A DNA stretch of 63,888 nt, the filler included, from Octopus bimaculoides (Eukaryota), in assembly GCF_001194135.2 (NCBI RefSeq). It is 7 parts of 7 records of this genome, joined end to end, with 100 filler letters (N's around TTAATTAATTAA, not from the genome) between each part and the next. Parts side by side here need not be neighbours in the genome. Positions count along the whole stretch, not along the records: positions 49,702 to 59,108 come from NW_026346389.1; positions 59,209 to 61,980 come from NW_026388498.1; positions 62,081 to 63,888 come from NW_026370431.1; 4 more parts are not named here. One strand, given 5' to 3'. The translations under genes and the position numbers were made by a program. Numbering within the stretch: the stretch's first letter is position 1; each line of letters begins with the position of its first letter. Shown here piece after piece: positions 51,777 to 63,249 of this stretch. The notes below the pieces were generated by a model. The model was not told the origin of the DNA, did no database searches, and was given only the letters and a program-made list of their open reading frames with translations.

Positions 51777-53443
51777 GTATATACACAGCGTGTGTGTATA
51801 TACATAACGTGTGTGTATACACACACATTTGTATACACTACAGTTTTTGTATTGATTTCTTCATTATTTGATATGTGTGTGTACGTGTGTGTGTGTGTCT
51901 AGGTATAGACGAACGGATGGCTGGATGCGTACACATATATACATATGTATGTATATATATATATATNNNNNNNNNNNNNNNNNNNNNNNNNNNNNNNNNN
52001 NNNNNNNNNNNNNNNNNNNNNNNNNNNNNNNNNNNNNNNNNNNNNNNNNNNNNNNNNNNNNNNNNNNNNNNNNNNNNNNNNNNNNNNNNNNNNNNNNNNN
52101 NNNNNNNNNNNNNNNNNNNNNNNNNNNNNNNNNNNNNNNNNNNNNNNNNNNNNNNNNNNNNNNNNNNNNNNNNNNNNNNNNNNNNNNNNNNNNNNNNNNN
52201 NNNNNNNNNNNNNNNNNNNNNNNNNNNNNNNNNNNNNNNNNNNNNNNNNNNNNNNNNNNNNNNNNNNNNNNNNNNNNNNNNNNNNNNNNNNNNNNNNNNN
52301 NNNNNNNNNNNNNNNNNNNNNNNNNNNNNNNNNNNNNNNNNNNNNNNNNNNNNNNNNNNNNNNNNNNNNNNNNNNNNNNNNNNNNNNNNNNNNNNNNNNN
52401 NNNNNNNNNNNNNNNNNNNNNNNNNNNNNNNNNNNNNNNNNNNNNNNNNNNNNNNNNNNNNNNNNNNNNNNNNNNNNNNNNNNNNNNNNNNNNNNNNNNN
52501 NNNNNNNNNNNNNNNNNNNNNNNNNNNNNNNNNNNNNNNNNNNNNNNNNNNNNNNNNNNNNNNNNNNNNNNNNNNNNNNNNNNNNNNNNNNNNNNNNNNN
52601 NNNNNNNNNNNNNNNNNNNNNNNNNNNNNNNNNNNNNNNNNNNNNNNNNNNNNNNNNNNNNNNNNNNNNNNNNNNNNNNNNNNNNNNNNNNNNNNNNNNN
52701 NNNNNNNNNNNNNNNNNNNNNNNNNNNNNNNNNNNNNNNNNNNNNNNNNNNNNNNNNNNNNNNNNNNNNATGGCAAAAATATACACACACAGATACGCAC
52801 AGCGTAATTTATTATATAAACAATATATGCGTAGAAATTACGATTAAACCGGATGAAATATGTCACAGGGAATAACACACTTAACACCGGCAGAAATTTA
52901 TTGTTTACGAAAGAGCACTGACTGTATTCAGCTGAATAGACGTCAGTGATTGGTTGAAATTACAGAAATACGACAACTTTAACGTGAAATAACTTGCGAT
53001 GTACATTTTTTTGGTAAGAAGGCTAAGAGAAAAAGTTGTTTTGTATGACACATTCTACCAGTGTCCCAAGTTTGAAAGTGTTTCGTTAAGAAAACAAGTG
53101 GTGCCCGTCAAATCAGAAGGATCCTATGATCACTACTATTCCCTACAAACTTTGATTTTGTGACTTGGACATCAATGTTTTGAAACTGACCTATTTTCAG
53201 TTGCATTTCAGACAGATTCAGTACTGAGTTGCTGAAGCAGAAATGTTATCATAGCAAATATTCTGCTCAATGCCAAAGATTTGCTTGTCAGTTGCTTGAC
53301 CATGACCATTTGAGCATGTCCCTTAATGGATGACAGTATGTCTTAGCCATGCATGTGCTGAGAGGAATTCTTCGGGGTTTGAATAAATGAAACAAAAGCA
53401 AAGTTTGAAGAAAATATTAGCCAATTCTAGTACTTCTATGGGT

Positions 53444-53893
53444 TGTTGGCACTCCGTCGCTTACGACGTCGAGGGTTCCAGTTGATCCAATCAACGGAAC
53501 AGCCTGCTCGTGAAATTAACGTGCAAGTCGCTGAGCACTCCACAGACACGTGTACCCTTAACGTAGTTCTCGGGGATATTTCGCGTGACACAGTGTGACA
53601 AGGCTGACCCTTTGAATTACAGGCACAACAGAAAGAGGAAGAAAGTTGTGGTGGAAGAGTACAGCAGGGTTCGCCACCATCCCCTGCCGGAGCCTCGTGG
53701 AGCTTTAGGTGTTTTCGCTCAATAAACACTCANNNNNNNNNNNNNNNNNNNNNNNNNNNNNNNNNNNNNNNNNNNNNNNNNNNNNNNNNNNNNNNNNNNN
53801 NNNNNNNNNNNNNNNNNNNNNNNNNNNNNNNNNNNNCCGCGATCCTATGACCGCGAGCCCGCTGCCATAACCACTGGGCCATTGCGCCTCCAC
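53444..53893 (-). mobile_element. SINE family C (tRNA-derived, AAC tail), 12-bp TSD
   Basis: Head GTGGAGGCGCAATGGCCCAGTGG. TSD ACTTCTATGGGT at 53432-53443 and 53894-53905. Confidence 0.92.
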
Positions 53894-53974
53894 ACTTCTA
53901 TGGGTAAGCAAATAGGAAATAACAGTTGCTACCCAAGGACAAAAATCGTGTTACGCAATGTAATTTATCGTTCC

Positions 53975-54180
53975 TTTATTTAAGCCCTTCACTCCCCAAG
54001 GAACAAGAGCCATCGAAGATTTTTCTCCCCTGTTCTCGACTCTGGGATGTCTTTACTTTTCTCCAGTTGGATCCTTTCTTTGTCAGCCCTGCATCAGTAT
54101 TCCGCTTGCAGCTATTTTTAGGGAGTCCTCTCTTCCACCTCCCTTATTGGTTCCAGGCCAAGGCCTGACGATTAACGCAG
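53975..54180 (-). mobile_element. RTE-type LINE 3' end fragment
   Basis: Minus text ALAWNQ*GRWKRGLPKNSCKR...NWRKV...DGSCS resembles ALxWNPQGKRKRGRPKNTWRR...GLCS. It is followed by a TAAATAAA tail. Confidence 0.6.
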
Positions 54181-54402
54181 GCTGTTGGTTTCCCTTCGGA
54201 TTTTGTTTCACTGTGTTATATGTTTTCCTGCGGAAAGGCCCTCCTTTCCCATGTCTTTTTCGTTCTGAATTATCGATGCCTTTGTAACTGCTTTTTTTCT
54301 AAGTAAATGTATTGGTTCTATATAAATCTCTGTGAAGGGGCGATCTGTATTAGCTGGCCCCTATCCTTTGACCTGGCCAGCATGCGAGACCCTACAAGGA
54401 AC

Positions 54403-54541
54403 CTGCACTCCACTGGGTTGGTCTCTGGATCAGCGAGTCTGCACTCCTCTGAGTTGGTCTCTGGATCAGCGAGTCTGCACTCCACTGAGTTGGTCTCTGG
54501 ATCAGCGAGTCTGCACTCCACTGAGTTGGTCTCTGGATCAG
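54403..54541. repeat. 36-bp tandem repeat, about 3.9 copies
   Basis: CTGCACTCCACTGAGTTGGTCTCTGGATCAGCGAGT starts at 54403, 54439, 54475 and 54511. Confidence 0.95.
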
Positions 54542-54748
54542 GGCAAAGCATCAACAATCACCATTATATAGGTGACAGCTCTCTCATATTATCTACTGTT
54601 AGACAAAGGTGAACAAGATTTAATTACGACTATAATTAATATCATAAATACTAGAGAAAAGCAGAAAAGAGTCGTAAACAGTGGAGAAAAGCCGTCGATG
54701 CCCTGATGCACCATAAGGAGCGAAGTGCTTAATGTGTAAAATGCCGTT

Positions 54749-54940
54749 AGACGCAGGCGTGGCTGTGTGGAGACGCAGGCGTGGTTGTTTGGAGACGCAG
54801 GCGTGACTTATGCAGACGCAGGCGTGACTTATGCAGACGCAGGCGTGACGGCGTGCAGATGCAGGCGTGGCTGTGTGCAGACGCAGGTGTCTGCAGGCAT
54901 AACTATGTGGAGACGCAGGCGTAGCTGTTTGGAGATGCAG
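54749..54940 (+). repeat. 21-22-bp minisatellite derived from the SINE A head, about 8-9 units
   Basis: Units AGACGCAGGCGTGGCTGTGTGG and variants start at 54749, 54771, 54793, 54814, 54835, 54857, 54879, 54911 and 54933. Confidence 0.9.
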
Positions 54941-55008
54941 AACGTAAAGACGGACGAAATGCCGCTAAGCATTTTGCCCGGCATGCTAACGTTTCTGCCA
55001 GCTCGCCA
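54941..55008 (-). mobile_element. SINE family B head fragment
   Basis: GACGAAATGCCGCTAAGCATTTTGCCCGGCATGCTAACGTTTCTGCCAGCTCGCC. Confidence 0.85.
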
Positions 55009-55360
55009 ATAATAATGATAATAATGATAATTTCTAATTTTGGCACAAAGCCAGCAATCTCAGGGAAGAAGGTAAATCGATTACATCGTCCCTCAGTATT
55101 CAGCTGGTATATGTCACGTTGCCTTCTTTCATTTGCTCGCTCCCCACTAACTTTAGAACCTGGCTACGCCTCTGGTTAGGTATTACCTTTTGCTAATCCA
55201 TTAACGTATGTAAAGTTATTATTATTCCATCCATCCATCTTCTCCGCCTGTTATTCCTGAAAGGGTCGTGAGTGTAGAGTCCTCGGGTGTCTCCTCCTTA
55301 AAATCCTATCAGAAGCAAGTGTTATTCCCCAACCATCACAGTCTTTGTCTAATCCTCATG

Positions 55361-55835
55361 TCTACTTCCGGTCGGTTCGACTTGAAGAATCCGTGTTATC
55401 GTAATTTATGAAGAAATTAATTAAATTACTTATTTATTTCTGTTTCCAAATACGCTATGTCCCTCTCCACGAACTGATAGCGTGACTAAATGGATCTTTA
55501 GATATTATCCAACTGTTTTATTCTTTGTCTACCTTTAGGCCTACTCCCGATTGGCTCGACTTGAAGGATCCATTTTATCAAAATTTAGGAAGAAATTAAT
55601 TAAATTACATATATATTTGTGTTTCCAAACAGGCTATATCCCATTTCACGAAGTTATAGCGTGACTAAACGAGACTATGAATGTTATTCAACTGCCTTAT
55701 TCTCTGTCTTTAGGTCTACTTCCGGTCGGCTAGATTTGAAGAATCCATTTTATCATAATTTATAAATAAATAAATTAAATAGTATGTTTATTTCTATTTC
55801 CCAACAGGCTACGTCCCTTTCCACGAAGTGATAGC
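55361..55835. repeat. Diverged satellite-like tandem repeat, 175-179-bp unit, about 2.7 copies
   Basis: (T/C)CTACT(T/C)CCG...TTGAAG(A/G)ATCC...CACGAA starts at 55361, 55540 and 55715. Confidence 0.9.
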
Positions 55836-56931
55836 AGTGGTGGAGTGTGACGAAGCATTCGTACGCGGAAACGAAAGAAGTACAAATGGCTCGAAAAGGT
55901 CGGCGTCCGTCCATCCGTTGTTCGTTGTACAAAAAGAAGCCTGTTCGCAGCTGGAGACGAACGGCAATNNNNNNNNNNNNNNNNNNNNNNNNNNNNNNNN
56001 NNNNNNNNNNNNNNNNNNNNNNNNNNNNNNNNNNNNNNNNNNNNNNNNNNNNNNNNNNNNNNNNNNNNNNNNNNNNNNNNNNNNNNNNNNNNNNNNNNNN
56101 NNNNNNNNNNNNNNNNNNNNNNNNNNNNNNNNNNNNNNNNNNNNNNNNNNNNNNNNNNNNNNNNNNNNNNNNNNNNNNNNNNNNNNNNNNNNNNNNNNNN
56201 NNNNNNNNNNNNNNNNNNNNNNNNNNNNNNNNNNNNNNNNNNNNNNNNNNNNNNNNNNNNNNNNNNNNNNNNNNNNNNNNNNNNNNNNNNNNNNNNNNNN
56301 NNNNNNNNNNNNNNNNNNNNNNNNNNNNNNNNNNNNNNNNNNNNNNNNNNNNNNNNNNNNNNNNNNNNNNNNNNNNNNNNNNNNNNNNNNNNNNNNNNNN
56401 NNNNNNNNNNNNNNNNNNNNNNNNNNNNNNNNNNNNNNNNNNNNNNNNNNNNNNNNNNNNNNNNNNNNNNNNNNNNNNNNNNNNNNNNNNNNNNNNNNNN
56501 NNNNNNNNNNNNNNNNNNNNNNNNNNNNNNNNNNNNNNNNNNNNNNNNNNNNNNNNNNNNNNNNNNNNNNNNNNNNNNNNNNNNNNNNNNNNNNNNNNNN
56601 NNNNNNNNNNNNNNNNNNNCTCTCCCTCTCTTTCTCTCTTTGTGTATGTATATATATATATATGTGTGTGTCGGCTGATTTCTCGTAGACGAGCAAAGCC
56701 ATTGCTAGAAAGAATCATTGAAACGAGTCATTGATAATGCAATGTGAGACTCTTATATGACTCTTGAGCTCGGCCAAAGATTTGCACATTTTATTGCGTA
56801 ATGCACAATTGTGCAGGCTTGCAGAAGGAACAGGTGCCACAGTTTGAAGTCTTTTGACATGTCTTTTTACCACCCACCCCCCAACTGAACGGCACACTTT
56901 TCCACGGATTGCACAATAACTATATCATAAT

Positions 56932-57318
56932 ATAGTGAGGCGCAATGGCCCAGTGGTTAGGGCAGCGGACTCGCGGTCATAGGATCGCGGTTTCGATTCC
57001 CAGACCGGGTGTTGTGAGTGTTTATTGAGCGAAAACACCTAAAAGCTCCACAAGGCTCTGGCAGGGGATGGTGGCGAACCCTGCGGTACTCTTTCACCAC
57101 AACTTTCTCTCACTCTTACTTCCTGTTTCTGTTGTGCCTGTAATTCAAAGGGCCAGCCTTCTCACACTCAGTATAAAGTTGAATCTCCGAGAACTACATT
57201 AAGGGTACACATGTCTTTGGAGTGCTCAGCCACTTGCACGTTAATTTCACGAGCAGGCCGTTCCGTTGATCGGGGATCAACTGGAACCCTCGACGTGGTA
57301 AGCGACGGAGTGCTAACT
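56932..57318 (+). mobile_element. SINE family C, 16-bp TSD
   Basis: A box TGGCCCAGTGG (56946-56) and B box GTTTCGATTCC (56990-57000). TSD ATAACTATATCATAAT at 56916-56931 and 57319-57334. Confidence 0.95.
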
Positions 57319-57875
57319 ATAACTATATCATAATTTACAAGGGGTCGATTCCCATAGCTTCTTTGATGGCTGACCAGGGCCGCATGACTTAAGTATTGCT
57401 TCCTACAAATCAAACACACGAAAAATCAATATTCCTTCATTTTCTACTGGTTCAATCTTCTTTTATCTTTCTCCTAATCTTCTCGTATTTCATTCCCTCT
57501 CTTTCAAACTTTGAGCAACCACTGTGCACTCGTTTCCTCCGTCTATTTCGATTTTGTGTTTCTCCTCCCAATCAAGATATGAAGTTCTTGTTTGTATCAA
57601 AGCAGCTTTTAGGCAGTCTTTGAAGCTCATTTTATTTGGGTTTATGTGCTGGCCTTTTACGACCTTTGAGCTAACCAGGCAAACGTTACTTAGGAAGTCT
57701 TTTATCATTCATTCTCACCAGAAGTCCATCCCACCTCAAACAACTCCGCAGAATGATCGATTCTACACTCTTACTATAACTTCTCTCAAGTACCTCTATT
57801 ACTGATCACCATTCTCCAGTTTATCCCAAGAATTTTCCAAAGATATGTTGATGGAATCGTTCTAGATACTTCAAG

Positions 57876-58273
57876 AGTGGAGGCGCAATGGCCCAGTGGT
57901 TAGGGCAGCGAACACGCGGTCATAGAATCGCGGTTTCGATTCCCAGACCGGGTGTTGTAAGTGTTTATTGAGCGAAAACACCTAAAAGCGCCACGAGGCT
58001 CCGGCAGGGGATGGTGACGAACCCTGTTGTACTCTTTCGCCACAACTTTCTCTCACTCTTACTTCCTGTTTCTGTTGTGCCTGTAATTCAAAGGGTCAGC
58101 CTTGTCACACTGTGTCACGCTGAATATCCCCCGAGAACTACGTTAAGGGTACACGTGTCTGTGGAGTGCTCAGCCACTTGGACGTTAATTTCACGAGCAG
58201 GCTGTTCCGTTGATCGGATCAACTGGAACCCTCGACGTCGTAAGCGACGGAGTGCCAACAACAACAAGAACAA
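57876..58273 (+). mobile_element. SINE family C, 10-bp TSD
   Basis: Same head and body with an (AAC)n tail. TSD ATACTTCAAG at 57866-57875 and 58274-58283. Confidence 0.95.
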
Positions 58274-58423
58274 ATACTTCAAGTGTTTACGATAAATAAC
58301 CCATGTCTGACTTGCATAGAGTAATGATGGTGTTGGCCTTAACTTTAGTTCGCATAGATATGCTATGGCGCGAGCAGAGACGCTTGAAAGCATTAGTGAG
58401 CCATGAGCTGAAACAGAAGACAC

Positions 58424-58495
58424 TTGCTAATGGTGCCATACAATGGGACTGAAACCGAAACCACGTGGCTACAAAGCGAGTTTCTTCACCACACA
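58424..58495 (-). mobile_element. Diverged SINE family A head fragment
   Basis: AGAAGACACTTGCTAATGGTGCCA...TTCACCACACAGCC. Confidence 0.65.
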
Positions 58496-58534
58496 GCCGT
58501 GTGTGCGTGCGTGTGGGAGAGAGAGAGAGAGATA

Positions 58535-58730
58535 ATCGTAAGATCGTTGTTTCGATTCCTGAAGCGGACGATACGTTGTGTTCTTGAGCAAAACACTTCA
58601 TTTCACTTTGCTCCAGTTCACTGGGCCGGTAAAAATGAGTCACCCTGCAGCTGACCGACTTTCCCATCCAGGGACGAATATATACACCAAACAGACCGGG
58701 AAACAGACCCTATGTTCCTTACAGAGTAAC
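58535..58730 (+). mobile_element. SINE family D (tRNA B box plus CORE/V-like body)
   Basis: GTTTCGATTCC B box followed by TGTTCTTGAGCAAAACACTTCATTTCACTTTGCTCCAGT...AAAAATGAGT. Confidence 0.6.
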
Positions 58731-58782
58731 GTGGATTAACCATAGATATATATATATATATATGTTTCTGTATATCTTTCAG

Positions 58783-58911
58783 GTCAAAACCGACCAAAGC
58801 ACCTGTTAGCTTTCGTAAGTCCAAAGAGTGGCAAAAACAAAGGAGTGAAGATCTTCCATAACAATGTGCAACCAATTTTCGAACTTGCCGGAATTAAAGT
58901 CACAGAATTAA
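58783..58911 (+). CDS. CERK: Internal exon of ceramide kinase-like protein (start of the DAGK catalytic domain)
   Basis: Acceptor tctttcAG (58781-82) and donor GTaag (58912). The exon is 129 nt, phase 1-1. Translation QNRPKHLLAFVSPKSGKNKGVKIFHNNVQPIFELAGIKVTEL compares with recalled human CERK RPKHLLVFINPFGGKGQGKRIYERKVAPLFTLASITTDII. Confidence 0.88.
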
Positions 58912-59413
58912 GTAAGATTCTTCTATTTAACCGTTTCAACCAACTTTTCCTTTTTTCTTTACGCTTTGGTTTAAGTAGCTGCGGTTTCTGTAGGAAAGCA
59001 TGCATCTGCGTGTGCGCGTGTGTATGTGTGTAGGCTGTGTGTATGTATGGATGTGTGTATGTATGTATGTATGTATTATGTATGTAGTGTGTGTGTATAT
59101 ACACGTATNNNNNNNNNNNNNNNNNNNNNNNNNNNNNNNNNNNNNNNNNNNNTTAATTAATTAANNNNNNNNNNNNNNNNNNNNNNNNNNNNNNNNNNNN
59201 NNNNNNNNGTAGATTAACATCATGAACTTCATGATGATGTTGTAAATAATGTTGGGTGGAATGAGGGCAGTGATGAATATGATGATGAATATGGTATTGG
59301 TGATGATGTTGATGGTGATGTTTTCTGTTGGCGATGATGTTTTTGGTGTTGATGATGGTTGTCATGTTCCCTCTTGCCCCATCCATCCACCAAAAGCGTT
59401 ATCATCATCATCA

Positions 59414-59475
<62 letters not shown>

Positions 59476-59477
<2 letters not shown>

Positions 59478-61030
59478 ATAGTCGTATTTTCAACACGTAC
59501 TTTCACTGCACTCTCGAGCGCAGCTCTATGTGCTTTGGGTATGAGCTAATATTTTTACTTTAATGAAAGTGTTTTACATAGGATGTTTGCGATGTCTAGT
59601 AGTGCCATTTTCTGTATGTTATACATATTTGTAAGTCTTGGTGTTATTGTCATGTATTTTCCATTATGCGCCTACTATTATAGGAATTTTTTTCTGTTTT
59701 TAGACACTACCTTCGGGTTACCTCTATTTCCTTGTCTTCGTATTTTGAGAAATTCTCGATTTCTTTTAGAGAAACTTTCTCATCTGCTGGTATTGATATA
59801 TCGATTTGAAAGCATTTTTCCTCGATCTCTGACAACTATAACCGATCTATTGGCGTTAATTTCTCTATCTGTGTGCATTGGCATATCCCATAGTATGGCT
59901 GCATTCTCATTTTCTGTGTCCCTTTCTGGCGTGTGCATATATCATCTTTTTCCTGTTCTTATTCCATAGTGTTGGCATAGTTTCCAGTGTGTATAGATGC
60001 CCAAATTTGTCGTGTCTCTGAATATATTCCTTCTTAGCCAGGAGTTACAGTCAGAGATAATATATTTTATTGATACATTTGCATCTCCAAAAGTTACTTG
60101 TGATTATTTTCCTTATATGCTTTTGGTATTTTCTGGTGGAGAAGCTTTGGTCTTGTGCTGTAATTTGAAAATCCTTGAGCCTCTGATTTGACTCCTGAGC
60201 TTCTCAGCCATTGTTGGGATTTTGCTATGTCTATTTCTTTTGCGTTTAATTTAATCTAGTATTTGCCATGAGAGGGCTTTCTTGCCATCGTATTACCATG
60301 GCCGTTCCTGCTCCAGTTTTAGTTTGGATTTCAGTTGTTTTACAGCTTTTGTTTTTTTTCTTTTTTTCTTCATAGTTGTTAGGTACTATGACATCTTTTT
60401 TATATTTGTCAGATTCCTTAAAGACTAAAAATAGTTTTGGGCTTTGTTCGTGTTTTGTAGTTATTTGTATTAGTTTCCCTTTTTTCTGAAGTAGATATCT
60501 TTGAGTCCTATGGTGGTTATTTTGCAATAGATTTGTAGCTGTATAAGGCATCTACCACCTTCGATACGTTATGTATATAACCTTCCTATGACAAAGTTTG
60601 AGTGATGCATCCTAAACCCTGTCATTATTTTTCTTGTTTTCCTGTCTATTTTTATTAGTTCATTTAGAGTCCAGTGAAGGATATTGTAACTGTAACGGCT
60701 AAAGTGATGATACCTATTACCGCATTGAGCTCGGTGTTCAGTATTAATCCAACTCTTCTATACTTTTCATTTGTTATTTTCTCTTTCATTTGTGTGTGTT
60801 GTATCGTATCTAGTTCATTGATTCCTAAGTATTTGTGTGTCTGGTTTTGGTCTAATTCTCTTATTTTATTTGCTGAGTGTATATAGTGCGTCATGGAGAG
60901 TGAGAGAACAAAGAGAGCATAGAAAGACATTAAATGACTAGAATTATATTGCCAATTAAAGAGAATCAAAAAAATAATCCTACTTACAGAATCGTTAAAC
61001 TGGGAAGATTTTGAAAACATCCAACTTCTA
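59476..61030 (-). mobile_element. Dong/R4-clade non-LTR retrotransposon, RT C-terminus to 3' end, ending in (TAA)20
   Basis: Minus text IRELDQNQTHKYLGINE...KITNEKYRRVGLILNTELN...AAILWDMPMHTDREINANR. The 3' UTR abuts the ATT repeat at 59416-59475. Confidence 0.88.
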
Positions 61031-61303
61031 ATTCATTGATATTATTTTTATACAACTCTCTGAAACAAAAAAAAATGTGAACCGTGAATAGCTGTACAGA
61101 GGTTCGTAATGAAATATAAATTATAATGCCTAAGGAGAAAAATGCCTAAAGAGAAAAAATGAGATAGAACTACAAGCAAGGAAAAAGATGTTGAAAAATA
61201 TGTAGAAGAGGTTGATGGTTAGGGTTAGGGTTAGTAGTAGGAGAATAAGAATTAGAAGATGAATAGGAGGAGGTGGAGGGGTAGGAAAAGTAGGAGGAGA
61301 AGA

Positions 61304-61879
61304 GGATGAGGGAAGTAGAAGAACAAGTTAGAGAACAAATAGCAGGTGAAGAGGAAGAAGGAAAAGTACAGAAGGAAAAGAATCAGAAGATGTAGAAGGA
61401 TATGAAGACAAAAAAACTGGAAGAAGAAGAAGAAGAAGAAGAAGAAGAAGAAGAAGAAGAAGAAGAAGAATAGCTTCATCAACAACNNNNNNNNNNNNNN
61501 NNNNNNNNNNNNNNNNNNNNNNNNNNNNNNNNNNNNNNNNNNNNNNNNNNNNNNNNNNNNNNNNNNNNNNNNNNNNNNNNNNNNNNNNNNNNNNNNNNNN
61601 NNNNNNNNNNNNNNNNNNNNNNNNNNNNNNNNNNNNNNNNNNNNNNNNNNNNNNNNNNNNNNNNNNNNNNNNNNNGGATGAGGGAAGTAGAAGAACAAGT
61701 TAGAGAACAAATAGCAGGTGAAGAGGAAGAAGGAAAAGTACAGAAGGAAAAGAATCAGAAGATGTAGAAGGATATGAAGACAAAAAAACTGGAAGAAGAA
61801 GAAGAAGAAGAAGAAGAAGAAGAAGAAGAAGAAGAAGAAGAAGAAGAAGAAGAAGAAGAAGAATAGCTTCATCAACAAC
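61304..61879. other. Duplicated contig ends across a gap, probably two alleles
   Basis: 61304-61486 and 61676-61879 are identical by eye except for (GAA)17 versus (GAA)24. Confidence 0.8.
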
Positions 61880-62759
61880 AATAACATCAACAACGTCTAC
61901 CAAAACAACAGGAACCGTTAAAATATATTTTTAAAAATAACGGTAAGAATCATCTGGTGCAAAATATACAAGGGTTATTCNNNNNNNNNNNNNNNNNNNN
62001 NNNNNNNNNNNNNNNNNNNNNNNNTTAATTAATTAANNNNNNNNNNNNNNNNNNNNNNNNNNNNNNNNNNNNNNNNNNNNGTGGTTTATCTGTTAGTGTG
62101 TATGTGTGTTTGTTTGTGTGTGTGTGTGTGACGTAGTGGAAGGAATTAGTAGCAGAAATAGTTAGTGGGTGCTTATGGACAATGGTTAGTGGAGGGCCGG
62201 CAGGCAGTTTTTGAGTATGTGTGTGTTCGTGTGTGTGTTTGTGTGGGGTTGTAGGTGTTGGGTACGTGTGCGTGTGTATGTGTATGTTTTTGTGCGTGCG
62301 TGTGTGTTTGTGTGTATGTGTATGTTGTGTATATGTGCGTTGCTGNNNNNNNNNNNNNNNNNNNNNNNNNNNNNNNNNNNNNNNNNNNNNNNNNNNNNNN
62401 NNNNNNNNNNNNNNNNNNNNNNNNNNNNNNNNNNNNNNNNNNNNNNNNNNNNNNNNNNNNNNNNNNNNNNNNNNNNNNNNNNNNNNNNNNNNNNNNNNNN
62501 NNNNNNNNNNNNNNNNNNNNNNNNNNNNNNNNNNNNNNNNNNNNNNNNNNNNNNNNNNNNNNNNNNNNNNNNNNNNNNNNNNNNNNNNNNNNNNNNNNNN
62601 NNNNNNNNNNNNNNNNNNNNNNNNNNNNNNNNNNNNNNNNNNNNNNNNNNNNNNNNNNNNNNNNNNNNNNNNNNNNNNNNNNNNNNNNNNNNNNNNNNNN
62701 NNNNNNNNNNNNNNNNNNNNNNNNNNNNNNNNNNNNNNNNNNNNNNNNNNNNNNNNNNN

Positions 62760-62792
<33 letters not shown>

Positions 62793-63249
62793 AAGGAAAA
62801 TAAAAAATAAAAGTAAGGCAGAATGCTAAACTGAAAGCATATTTTAGTATAGGAGGATTAAAAAGGATTTCTAACCAGCTTTCATTGCATGGCAAATTTT
62901 CAAGAGGGAGACTGAAAATGTTTTTTACAAAAAAATAAAAAATAATATATGAAAAAATAAATATACCAATACATTATATTGTCTTTGAGCTTTTAAAGTT
63001 CAATGGTAATTCATGTGGATAATTGTTAGAAAGATTAGGATGCATGGAATTGAGAGTTGTGTTTTGTTTAAAAAAAAGGGGATGAAAGTTTGTGTTAAGC
63101 AGGAAGTGTGGTGTCAAAACAGGAAGTGTGTGTTAGGGAAGACAATTCTGTGAGTTTTAAACTCTTTAGTTGGAGTTCTGGACTCTTTGTTAACAGGAAG
63201 TTTATGTCTGTTCTTAGAGAAATAAGAAGTAAATTTATAAGTATTTCAT

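Larger units (their letters stand above)
56890..58410 (-). mobile_element. RTE LINE fossil interrupted by two SINE C insertions
   Basis: Minus text PSLLYASQTWVIYRKHLKY|LERFHQH...LRWDGLLVRMNDKRLPK...SFKDCLK...CLICRKQYLSHAALVSHQR joins across the SINE at 57876-58283. Confidence 0.85.

Noticed and set aside
54403-54940. CRISPR-like appearance of the 36-bp and 22-bp repeats
   Set aside because: Units are contiguous without unique spacers, there are no cas genes, and the context is eukaryotic.
56936-57010. tRNA gene
   Set aside because: A and B boxes are present but no acceptor stem closes. The sequence continues as a roughly 385-bp SINE body with a TSD, in three copies.
61219-61234. Telomeric TTAGGG repeats
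   Set aside because: Only about 2.5 units within purine-rich low-complexity sequence.
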